From assembly GCA_963742955.1 (NCBI GenBank), contig CAVUOA010000009.1:754596-818595 (forward strand): 64,000 nucleotides of DNA. The letters are read 5' to 3'. Below the pieces are notes generated by a model, which made no database searches, had not been told where the DNA came from, and was given only the letters and a program-made list of their open reading frames with translations. This DNA comes from Ignavibacteriota bacterium. Lineage in GTDB: Bacteria > Bacteroidota > Ignavibacteria > Tepidaquicellales > OLB5. This document shows, in pieces, positions 53,462 to 62,151 of this stretch. The position numbers and the translations under genes are program-made. Numbering within the stretch: the stretch's first letter is position 1; the number at the start of each line of letters is the position of its first letter.

Positions 53462-56400
53462 ATGGCTTCACTTGAATCTGCCTACGAAAATGTATCAAAA
53501 CTTGTTGAGGATTTTAAAAACAACGAGCAATACTACATCACACCTAAATACTCAGAGGCACAGGTAAGAAAAGACTATCTCGATAAATTTTTTATTGCGC
53601 TCGGGTGGGACGTTAACCATGATGAACAAAAAGACCCTTACCGGCAGGAAGTAAAAGTAGAAAAAGCTGTTGCAGTTGAAAGTGCATCAAAGCGGGCGGA
53701 TTATGCATTTTACCTTTCACCAAATTTCAGAGAACCGGTTTTTTATGTTGAAGCCAAAAAACCCGCGCATGACCTTCTGAACCCATATTATTATTTTCAG
53801 GCAATCAGGTACGGATGGAATGCAAAACACCTGTGATTATTCTAACCGATTTTGAGGAATTTCATATTATCGATTCAAGATACAAGCCGAATATTAAAAC
53901 TGCCGTTGACAGAAAGCTCCAGCAATATCATTATACCGATTATCTTGATAAAGAGAAATTCGCAAAAATCTATTATTTGTTTTCGCGTGAATCAGTAGAA
54001 AGCAACAGCATTGGAAATTATGCCGATGCGCTTAAAAAAATCAGGGGTAAAGCAATTCGAAAAGGCGCGCTGGCGGGTATTTACAAAAGTATTGATGAAT
54101 CTTTCTTAGAAGAGCTTGATGAAATCAGAGACCACCTTGCAAAAGCGTTCAAAAAAAATCAAACCCCAATCTTGAAAGTGATGAACTTACCGAAGCAGTT
54201 CAAGTTACCATAGACAGACTTGTTTTTATAAGATTCCTTGAAGCAAAACTTATTGAAGGGGAATCTCATATAAGTCACGACGTCTCTAATCATAAGGCGG
54301 CTATTTAAGAAAAGGTACAGTATGGAAAGAATTTTATAACAGACAGCAGAGCGCTTGATGCAAAATATAATGGAATTGTTTTTAAACAGCACAATATAAT
54401 TGATACTGAAGGATTTAATGCACCGGATGACAAAGTTTTCGGTGATATATGCAAGGAACTTTCGCAGGAAGACTCGCCTTATGATTTCAATTTAATTCCA
54501 ATTCATATACTCGGCTCTATATATGAGCGTTTTCTAGGAAAAGTTGTACATGCAACTGATAAACATGTAAAGATTGAAGAAAAACCCGAAGTAAGAAAGG
54601 CAGGCGGAGTTTATTACACTCCGCAGTATATAGTAAAATATATTGTTGATAACACTATAGGTAAGCTGATTGAAGGCAAATCGCCGAAAGAAATTTCAAA
54701 GCTGCGCTTTGCCGATATTTCATGCGGAAGCGGCTCGTTCCTGATTACTGTTTTTGATACACTGTTGAGTACATTGGCAAATGGTATCAATCGCACCCTG
54801 ATACAGCTAAAAAAGACGGCGGCAGATTAAATAACGGGATGTGGGTTTTATCACTTCACCAAAAACGTGACATCCTGCTCAAAAAATATTTACGGTGTTG
54901 ATATAGACTACCAGGCGGTTGAGGTAACACAGCTTTCATTATTTTTAAAACTGCTTGAAGATGAAACACTTGCAACCGCGCAGGAAATGCAAACTTTATT
55001 TAAAGAAAGAATACTGCCTGATTTAAGCAAAAATATTGTTTGCGGCAACTCGCTTATTCGGAACAGATATTTCTTCCGGCTCTCTGTTTGATTCTGATGA
55101 AGAAAGAAAAATTAATGCAAGGGGAACTGAGGATAGGTTCCCCGCATATTTTTCACTCTTATAAAGGGGGCAAGAGAGATGACGGTTCCCCCTTATAAAG
55201 GGGGTCAGGGGGATGGAGCAAACCGAGGTTTTGATGCGATTATAGGAAATCAACCATATGTTAATATTTAGTATGTTGATAAAATTACAAAAGATTATTT
55301 GAAAGAAAAATATAACGTATATGCTGGGAAAGCAGACTTACTATATTTTTTCTTCGAGAAGGCATTAAAGATCTTAAAAAAAGATTCTTTTTTAGGTTTA
55401 ATTACTTCAAGATATTTTGTAGAAGCTACTGATGCAAAACCATTAAGAAAATATATAAAGAAAATGAAAATATTGTAGAATTTATAGATTTTAAAGATCA
55501 TAGTGTTTTCAAAGGTATCGGTATCCATTCAATAATATCAATTATAGAAAAAAATAAAATTAAATTGACAAAAATAAAACTAATAAAGTCAATTATTGAG
55601 CATCCTATTATAGATGAAAAGAATTTTGATATTTTTACGATTACTTTAAATAATGAAGATTGGACGTTTACAAACAAAGTTGAAAAAGTATTGTTTGAAA
55701 AATTAAATACAATATCTAACAGACTTGGAGACCTTGCAACAATAGAACAAGGACAGAAATCAGGTCTTAATCATGTTTTTGGTATTGACTATGAACTTGC
55801 AAATCGGTTGGAAAAAGAACCACTAAGAAAACTTATCAAAAATAGTCATATAAAAAGATATTACGCTAATTACAAAGATATGTATTTGATATATGCAGAT
55901 TCTAATTTTAACTTAGACGACTATCCTAAAATAAAAAATTACCTATTACAATTCAAAAAGGAGCTAATTGCACGTGCAGAAGCTAAAGACTATCTATATC
56001 CGTGGTATAGGTTACAAAGACCACGTGATAAAAAATTGTTTGATGCTAAAGAAAAAATTATCGTTCCATATAGAGCAGAATATAATAAATTTGCGTATGA
56101 TGACAAACAATACTTCAATGACGGGGGTGATATTAGAATAATAGTAATAAATAAGAATGAAGATTATGGAACAAAATTCTGTTTAGGTATCTTGAACTCC
56201 AGACTTAATGAACTTCTATTATCAGTTTATTGGTAGAAGAAAAGGTAAAATGTTAGAATATTTCGTCGAGCCTCTTGCAAAAATTCCAATTATTAAAATT
56301 AATTTTTCTAATCTTGCTCAAAAATCCCAGCACGATAAATTGGTATCACTAGTTGACCAGATGCTTGAGGCAAAGAAGAATCAAATGGAATCAACTACCG

Positions 56401-56522
56401 AGCGCGATAAATCATTTTGGGAAAACAAATGCAGCTCGCTTGATAAGCAAATAGACTCTCTGGTTTACGAGCTTTACGGTTTGACCGAAGAAGAAATAAA
56501 GATAGTGGAAAATAATAACTAA
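53462..56522 (+). pseudogene. Type IIG restriction-modification enzyme (Eco57I/PglX-like), heavily disrupted: N-terminal PD-(D/E)xK nuclease, gamma-class N6-adenine methyltransferase and TaqI-like C-terminal specificity domain
   Basis: Nuclease RADYAF...YVEAKKP and LTDFEEFHIID. MTase motifs AGGVYYTPQYIV (~54600), DISCGSGSFL (~54711), NIYGVDIDYQAVEV, CGNSLI and GFDAIIGNQPY (55227-55259). TRD LGDLATIEQGQKSGLNHVF and tail LVYELYGLTEEEIKIVE. About eight frame changes plus in-frame stops at 54306-54308 and 55269-55271. Confidence 0.85.
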
Positions 56523-56535
56523 AATAAAATACATC

Positions 56536-56871
56536 ATGGCAACAAGAATTTTACATTGCGGAAAAAATATTGAAAATTACAATATTTGTGTGGATGAAAA
56601 AGTTGCTGGGTTCACAGCGGGTGGTCCATCTACTGGTGATTTAATTTATCTGGTTGTAAGAGTTGGAAAAAAATCACTTTGTGGGGCAAGATTCACATTA
56701 AATGAAATTACTGATTATAAGCCTTGGCCAGACTCTGAAAATTACGTTCTGAGTTATACTATACAAAATATTGAATACTGTAAACCATTTGATATTTCAG
56801 TACTGGCTGGACCAGGTGGCCCATTGGGCGTTAAAATACTTGCAAGCAGCAAAAGAAATCAAAGAACATGA
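56536..56871 (+). CDS. EVE/PUA-like small beta-barrel domain protein (possibly the 5' part of a longer frameshifted gene)
   Basis: MATRILHCGKNIENYNICVDEKVAGF...GDLIYLVVRVGKKSLCGARFTLNEI...YVLSYTIQNIEY resembles archaeal/bacterial EVE domains by eye. The domain-like sequence continues in the +1 frame (WALKYLQAAKEIKEHDAVDLL). It starts 14 nt after the RM stop. Confidence 0.45.
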   Translation: MATRILHCGKNIENYNICVDEKVAGFTAGGPSTGDLIYLVVRVGKKSLCGARFTLNEITDYKPWPDSENYVLSYTIQNIEYCKPFDISVLAGPGGPLGVKILASSKRNQRT

Positions 56872-57041
56872 TGCAGTAGACTTACTAAACTCGCAATTCA
56901 ATTCAAATAAAGCAGATATATTTCTTTCCACATGCTGAATCTCCACAACCAGCAGCACCTGAAGAGAACATTTACGAAATTGAAAATGAAAAAGAATTTG
57001 CAAAAGCATTAAAAGAAGATCCTGACCTAAAAATCAACATA

Positions 57042-57776
57042 ATGGGGACTTTCCAGACAATAAATTTTACTAACGAAAATGATATTGTAAGAGGACTCGA
57101 AAAGCTTGTAAATGAAAATTTTTACATGTTATTTCAGCAATTTCCCGAAGATAAATCCATTTTGATACCTGATAACCGGAAGTTTTTTACTCGTCATGTA
57201 AAAAAAGACGAAACGTATGTTGCAGGTGTAAGTGGTATACCAGACGCTTTATTAATATTATTTAACAAAAGAGATCCCATACAAATCAATTTAATTGAAT
57301 ACGAGTGTTATGGTGAGAATAAAACCAGATCATCTGCAAAATCGGATTACTTAAATACGCATATTATACCGCAGCTAATGAGATTTGCGGCAACTTTCAG
57401 TATTATTACCGAGCAATTTACGCGAGACAACGCAATTAAAGACTGGATAAGCAAAATAATAAAATACATTAATGAAAATCCAGATCTTGAAAAGAAGTTC
57501 ACACAATGGGTAAAAGAAATCAATCCCCTTATTAGAGAAAAAGCTATTGATCTCGAAATAACAAAGTTGCTTGAATCGGCTTTCAAAAAAAATCTTCGTG
57601 TCATGCTAATCATTGATGAATTAACATCAGAGCAAAAATCAACTATCAGAAATGTAATAAATTCATTCAAGCTTGGAAACGAAAAAGGCGTTGATTTTGA
57701 AGGATATGTAATAAAACTTATTCAGAGTATAAGGATAAATGATAAAGAAGCTGAGTACGCTTTAACAGTACAATAA
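57042..57776 (+). CDS. Putative PD-(D/E)xK-like nuclease-fold protein, unknown family
   Basis: Candidate core ETYVAGVSGIPD68ALLILFNKRDPIQINLIE86YE88CYGENK94. The reading frame is open for 51 codons upstream of the first ATG (from 56889). Confidence 0.4.
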   Translation: MGTFQTINFTNENDIVRGLEKLVNENFYMLFQQFPEDKSILIPDNRKFFTRHVKKDETYVAGVSGIPDALLILFNKRDPIQINLIEYECYGENKTRSSAKSDYLNTHIIPQLMRFAATFSIITEQFTRDNAIKDWISKIIKYINENPDLEKKFTQWVKEINPLIREKAIDLEITKLLESAFKKNLRVMLIIDELTSEQKSTIRNVINSFKLGNEKGVDFEGYVIKLIQSIRINDKEAEYALTVQ

Positions 57777-57792
57777 TAAAAAATAATATTTT

Positions 57793-58398
57793 ATGATTTT
57801 TGCTTTATATAATTGTTTTCAGTATTATCTTGGTTTAGGTATGTACTCACCAAAAAAACTTCTTGCTCAAGGTGCAATGCTAGCATCACCACATCTTTTA
57901 AATAATCCAGACATGTTTCATACTGGAGATATATATCTACTTCATACTCGTTATTCTTTTTTAAGCTGGCTAGTCATGTATTATGAGCCATCACCTTGGT
58001 CACATACAGGTACAATTTCCCAGAATAAAAATTCCATTGATGCAACAACTTCGGGTGTAATTGAGCATCCAATATCAGATTATTTAGATAATAAATCTTA
58101 CATATTGATATATAGACCTAATGTTAATACAGAAAACTGTGAAAATTCAATAAACAAAATGCGTTCACAATTTCTTGGTATGCAATATGGTTGGAGAACG
58201 GTGTTTTACATATTTTTGGTAACCGTATATAACAAAAAAAGAAGTTACAGAATTAAATACACATTAGATTTTTTATTCATTATTTTTTTAATTAATTTAA
58301 TTTTCCAGAATAATACAATTTTTTGGATTAGTCTAATCTTTTCTGTTTTTAATATTCTAATAATTTTATGGAATGGGTTTAGGGGAAGATATAATTAG
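57793..58398 (+). CDS. Membrane-anchored YiiX-like (permuted papain/NlpC-P60, C92-type) protein
   Basis: GDIYLLHTRYSFLSWLV...PWSHTGTI...ATTSGVIEHPISDYL resembles the His-bearing half of YiiX-family proteins. No downstream CSE-type Cys motif is seen. The C-terminus consists of predicted TM helices and is extremely AT-rich. Confidence 0.4.
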   Translation: MIFALYNCFQYYLGLGMYSPKKLLAQGAMLASPHLLNNPDMFHTGDIYLLHTRYSFLSWLVMYYEPSPWSHTGTISQNKNSIDATTSGVIEHPISDYLDNKSYILIYRPNVNTENCENSINKMRSQFLGMQYGWRTVFYIFLVTVYNKKRSYRIKYTLDFLFIIFLINLIFQNNTIFWISLIFSVFNILIILWNGFRGRYN

Positions 58399-58540
58399 CC
58401 AATATCAGTTCTAAAGTCTTTTTATTTTTCAGTCCCAGCTGAGTCTATCGCAGCCTGTCTGCAAAAGGCAGAAGGACTCAGCGAAAACATACACACTTTG
58501 CCGCTTCGTGCCCTCTCTCCCGGTGTAAAAAAGATTTTCT

Positions 58541-58574
58541 GAGATTGCTTCGGTCGTTCCTCCCTCGCAATGAC
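58541..58574 (-). repeat. cattgcgag...cgaagcaatctc REP, inverted copy
   Basis: gagattgcttcggtcgttcctccctcgcaatgac is the rc of the motif found at 51193-51220 and 53135-53162. Confidence 0.6.
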
Positions 58575-58621
58575 AAATACCTTTTTTGTGTTTTTCCCTG
58601 TGCCCCTGCTGCTCTGTCGGA

Positions 58622-58700
58622 GCCTGTCCCGATATGCATCGGGGCTAAACATCGGGGCGGTTCCATTCGACGGAGTTTATCCCGATATACATCGGGGCTC
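58622..58700 (-). repeat. ccgat-hairpin repeats (IR-b R, two units)
   Basis: gcctgtcccgatatgcatcggggctaaacatcggggcgg, followed by ttatcccgatatacatcggggctc. Confidence 0.6.
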
Positions 58701-58790
58701 AGGATTTTACCTCTCTTTGAGACTGCCGCGCCGCGCATCCATCCCCCTCCGAAGGAGTCCTTTGGACTATCCCCCTTTAGTAAGGGGGAA

Positions 58791-58859
58791 TCCTTCGACT
58801 CCCTGCCTGCTGCAGGTCTACCTGTTGTCTGCCTATTGCAGATAGATAGACAGGCAGGC
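58791..58859 (-). repeat. 69-bp inverted repeat, right arm (IR-a R)
   Basis: Reverse complement of 53028-53096 with 68/69 identity (hand-checked). It is preceded by small hairpins ctcc-gaa-ggag, agtcc-ttt-ggact and ccccctt-tagt-aaggggg. Confidence 0.9.
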
Positions 58860-59611
58860 AATGACACACTTACTATATTTTTTTATACTGTTTTATCAGT
58901 ACCTTATGAAAATAATACTTGACTTTCGGGATTTTCCGTTTTAGATTTATGACCAGGATTATCAGGATTTATCTGATTAATCAGATTAATCAGATTTATC
59001 AAATTGATATTCGCGTTAATTCGTGAAATTCGTGTGAACGGTTCTTTAAAAAACATCAAAAACATGCAAAAAATCAAATGGCGGTATGAAACTGCAATTC
59101 CGGCTTAGAATCGTTATATTTTATTTAGTTACCCCCCTAATTCAGGGGTTTAAACATTTTAAAATCAACCGGTTGGAAAGCTCATAGGTAACTTAGTTAC
59201 CCCCCATACCATATAGTCAGATAGTAAAATGGGTAAACAGATAAATTGATAATTGGAATATAAAATGATTAGAAGATTAAATAATTGGAAGATATGATAA
59301 TGCGTGAATAAATGAAAAAAATATGCGGAATCAATAAAACCGGGTTAATCTGCGGTTCAGACAGTTTTGGAAAACCGCAATTTTGGGGCACTTTCATAAC
59401 TTGTTTTGAGAAAAAGTGCATTTAAAGGTCACTTTCATAACTTAACGTAACTTGAAGTTATGGGGGTGGGGTGTTAAAAACGGTCTGCCCCGGGGATAAA
59501 CTTAAAGAAACCAAAGAACTTTCCAAAAACATGACGTTTATCATTTTAAATACTTAAGAAAATCATTAATATTGTACTGTCCGTTAATCTTATTGAAGGA
59601 GTTACATAACG
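58860..59611. repeat. Gene-free repeat-dense tract
   Basis: ctgattaatcagattaatcagattt repeats at 58965-59000. ttagttacccccc occurs twice (~59125, ~59202). ataattgga occurs twice (~59249, ~59280). cactttcataactt occurs twice (59388, 59429). Hairpin cataactt-N11-aagttatg (59433-59461). No ORF of 60 aa or more. Confidence 0.5.
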
Positions 59612-60019
59612 ATGACATTCAAGGAATTATTAAAAACCAATCTTGATAAAATTTTATTTGACGCAACAGAATTTCTGTCGCGTTCAACACTCGAGCATTA
59701 TAACCAGATGAACGCCGAGCGTCTCCGCGCCAAGCTTGCGCGCCTCTACTACGTTGCCCGCGAGTGCGCCGAATCAGGCAGAATAGAACCGATGAAAAAA
59801 TACATCGGCGAAATTGCGCCTAACAGGTTCGATTCCGGTTTTGAGCTTTATGAAGTACAAACCGCAATTAACATACTTGAAGAATGCTTTTGGAAAAATA
59901 TAGTTGAAAAAGTTGACCCGGCAGAAAAAATGCCGGCTCTTGTAAAGACACAGGAAATTCTGTGCGCAGCAAAAAATACGCTGGCAAAATCATACCTTGA
60001 GTTGAAAAAAGAAGCTTGA
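59612..60019 (+). CDS. Hypothetical cytoplasmic alpha-helical protein
   Basis: 135-aa ORF with a GGAG RBS at 59598-59601. It has GC-richer, coding-like composition. No motif recognised. Confidence 0.55.
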   Translation: MTFKELLKTNLDKILFDATEFLSRSTLEHYNQMNAERLRAKLARLYYVARECAESGRIEPMKKYIGEIAPNRFDSGFELYEVQTAINILEECFWKNIVEKVDPAEKMPALVKTQEILCAAKNTLAKSYLELKKEA

Positions 60020-60097
60020 GACCTTCCATTGCCGGAGTTATGGGAGGCTGTTCCTTCTGCCCGTTCTCCGGCATCAAGCTTCAATATTATAAAAAAA

Positions 60098-60119
60098 GGC
60101 GGTGAGATAAATCGCCGCC
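60098..60119 (-). terminator. Rho-independent terminator of pckG (possibly bidirectional)
   Basis: ggcggtga-gataaa-tcgccgcc, with a T7 run after it on the minus strand. Confidence 0.75.
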
Positions 60120-60144
60120 CTTTGAAAATTAAGCTAAATCTGTT

Positions 60145-61926
60145 CTAATCTTTCGAAAACCTTTTCTCCTGCGCATCAAGCTCTGCAGTGAGTTCCTTCG
60201 GTAAGTGGTCGCCGAAAATTTTGTAGTATTCGCGCATCTCTTCAATTTCACGCAGCCCGTCTTCCTTGTTTACAGAAAAGAGCTTCTGCATCGTTTCACG
60301 TGTTACATCCAGCCCTGTAATGTCGAAGCCGTCAACATCGGGCAGCCTGCCGATTGGAGTTTCAACAAACTTGCCGGCGCCGTTAACACGTTCAAGAGCC
60401 CACTTCAGCGCGCGGATATTATCACCGTAACCCGGCCACATAAATTTACCGTTCTCATCTTTACGGAACCAATTCACATAGAAAATCTTCGGAAGCTTAT
60501 CGGGAGAAGATTTTTTGCCAATCTCAATCCAGTGTTTAAAATAATCTCCCATGTTGTATCCGCAGAAAGGCAGCATTGCAAACGGGTCATGGCGCAGCTT
60601 GCCGATAGTTCCTGCAGCAGCTGCGGTCATCTCCGATGATGAAGACGAACCCATATAGACGCCGTGGTTCCAGCTGTATGACTCGTTAACCAGCGGCACA
60701 ACAGAAGCTCTCCTCCCGCCGAAGAAGAACGCGGAAATCGGAACGCCTTTCGGGTCTTCCCATGCGGGGTCAATCACCGGGCACTGTGAAGCCGGCGCCG
60801 TAAACCTGGAATTGGGATGAGATGATACACGTCCTGCGTCGGGTGTCCAGTCTTTTTTGTTCCAGTCTGTTAAGTGGGCGGGTTTCTCGTCGGTCATTCC
60901 TTCCCACCAGACATCGCCGTCATCTGTATAAGCAACATTGGTAAAAATCGAGTTCTTTGTCATGGAAAGCATTGCATTGGCGTTGGTCTTCATCGAAGTG
61001 CCTGGCGCCACACCGAAGAATCCGTACTCGGGATTAATTGCGTGCAGTCTGCCGTCATCGCCGAACTTCATCCACGCAATATCATCGCCTACTGTTTCAA
61101 CTTTCCAGCCTGGAAGTGAAGGTGTAAGCATCGCGAGATTGGTTTTACCGCATGCAGATGGAAACGCCGCTGCAATATATTTCTTCTCGCCGCCCGGAGG
61201 TGTTAAACCGAGAATGAGCATGTGCTCAGCAAGCCATCCCTCATCACGGGCAAGAACAGATGCGATTCTCAGTGCGAAGCACTTCTTACCGAGCAGCGCA
61301 TTACCGCCGTAACCGCTTCCGTATGACCAGATGCTGCGCTCTTCGGGGAAATGAACAATATACTTTGTTGTGTTACACGGCCATGTTACATCCTTCTTCC
61401 CATCGGTTAACGGGTAGCCAACCGAATGCAGGCACGGAACAAATTCACCGTTGTCACCGAGTACATCAAGGACTTTCTTCCCCATGCGCGTCATGATGCG
61501 CATATTCAGCACAACATAAATTGAATCGGTAAGCTCTACACCAATGTGCGAAATCTTCGAGCCGAGCGGTCCCATGCTGTAGGGAATAACATACATTGTG
61601 CGTCCCTTCATAGAACCGGTAAAATGTTCTTTTAAAATTTTCTTCATCTCGACGGGGTCCATCCAGTTGTTTGTGGGACCGGCATCGATTTTATTTTTTG
61701 CGCAGATGAAAGTTCTGTCTTCAACTCTGGCTACGTCGTTCGGGTCTGAAACAACCCAGTAGCTGTTCGGTCTTTTTTTCAGCGGAACAAACTGTCCGCT
61801 CTTTACTGCCTGGCTGATGAGCCTTTGGTTTTCCTCATCCGAGCCGTCACACCAGTAAACAGAATCAGGCTGGCACATATCTGCCATTTCCTTAACCCAG
61901 TTGAGCAATTTTTGATTTTTTGTCAT
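60145..61926 (-). CDS. pckG: Phosphoenolpyruvate carboxykinase (GTP)
   Basis: 593 aa with [13 protein letters not shown] (P-loop), [13 protein letters not shown] and YFGVAPGTS, typical of GTP-PEPCK. Confidence 0.95.
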   Translation of the reverse strand: MTKNQKLLNWVKEMADMCQPDSVYWCDGSDEENQRLISQAVKSGQFVPLKKRPNSYWVVSDPNDVARVEDRTFICAKNKIDAGPTNNWMDPVEMKKILKEHFTGSMKGRTMYVIPYSMGPLGSKISHIGVELTDSIYVVLNMRIMTRMGKKVLDVLGDNGEFVPCLHSVGYPLTDGKKDVTWPCNTTKYIVHFPEERSIWSYGSGYGGNALLGKKCFALRIASVLARDEGWLAEHMLILGLTPPGGEKKYIAAAFPSACGKTNLAMLTPSLPGWKVETVGDDIAWMKFGDDGRLHAINPEYGFFGVAPGTSMKTNANAMLSMTKNSIFTNVAYTDDGDVWWEGMTDEKPAHLTDWNKKDWTPDAGRVSSHPNSRFTAPASQCPVIDPAWEDPKGVPISAFFFGGRRASVVPLVNESYSWNHGVYMGSSSSSEMTAAAAGTIGKLRHDPFAMLPFCGYNMGDYFKHWIEIGKKSSPDKLPKIFYVNWFRKDENGKFMWPGYGDNIRALKWALERVNGAGKFVETPIGRLPDVDGFDITGLDVTRETMQKLFSVNKEDGLREIEEMREYYKIFGDHLPKELTAELDAQEKRFSKD

Positions 61927-62151
61927 TTTTAAATCCTTCTGATATAATTTCTTGACTAAATACTAATCCAGCTAAATTTTAATCCAAATACAAACGGGAA
62001 AGCAAATAAATATTATTATTTTCCCGCAAACGAAAAATTACCAAAATATTAGCAAAGAAAAAAACCAAAAATGAAGATAAATGAAGCAATAACAGCAGAA
62101 ATGGATGCCTTCAATAAAAAAGACATCCATTTTTTATAGGAGGCAAAACTC

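Larger units (their letters stand above)
53028..58859. other. IR-bounded 5.8-kb restriction/defence islet
   Basis: The segment is delimited by IR-a L and IR-a R. It contains only RM-type or nuclease-type genes and repeat modules. Its composition is heterogeneous, from 12 to 47 percent GC in hand-counted 60-nt samples. Confidence 0.45.

Noticed and set aside
55295-55528. Minus-strand ORF 55295-55528, and also 54159-54392, 54614-54796 and 55023-55253.
   Set aside because: They are antisense to clearly recognisable methyltransferase segments of the type IIG pseudogene on the plus strand.
58422-58922. Four overlapping ORFs (58422-58652, 58478-58867, 58545-58922, 58570-58845) on both strands.
   Set aside because: All run through the GC-rich hairpin repeat cluster and IR-a R. 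Both strands are open only because of the skewed repeat composition, and no coding periodicity or motifs are visible.
59380-59445. Sigma-54-like promoter (ttggggcactttcataactt, repeated as aggtcactttcataactt) upstream of ORF 59612, considered because rpoN is in the window.
   Set aside because: It lacks the TGGCAC-N5-TTGC spacing and the -12 GC element. The duplicated motif looks like another repeat module.
62079-62135. Hairpin aaatggatg-N16-catccattt between pckG and the cupredoxin gene, considered as a terminator.
   Set aside because: The T-run follows on the plus strand, where no gene ends. On the minus strand, downstream of the cupredoxin gene, no U-tract follows. The orientation is ambiguous, so it is not reported as a feature.
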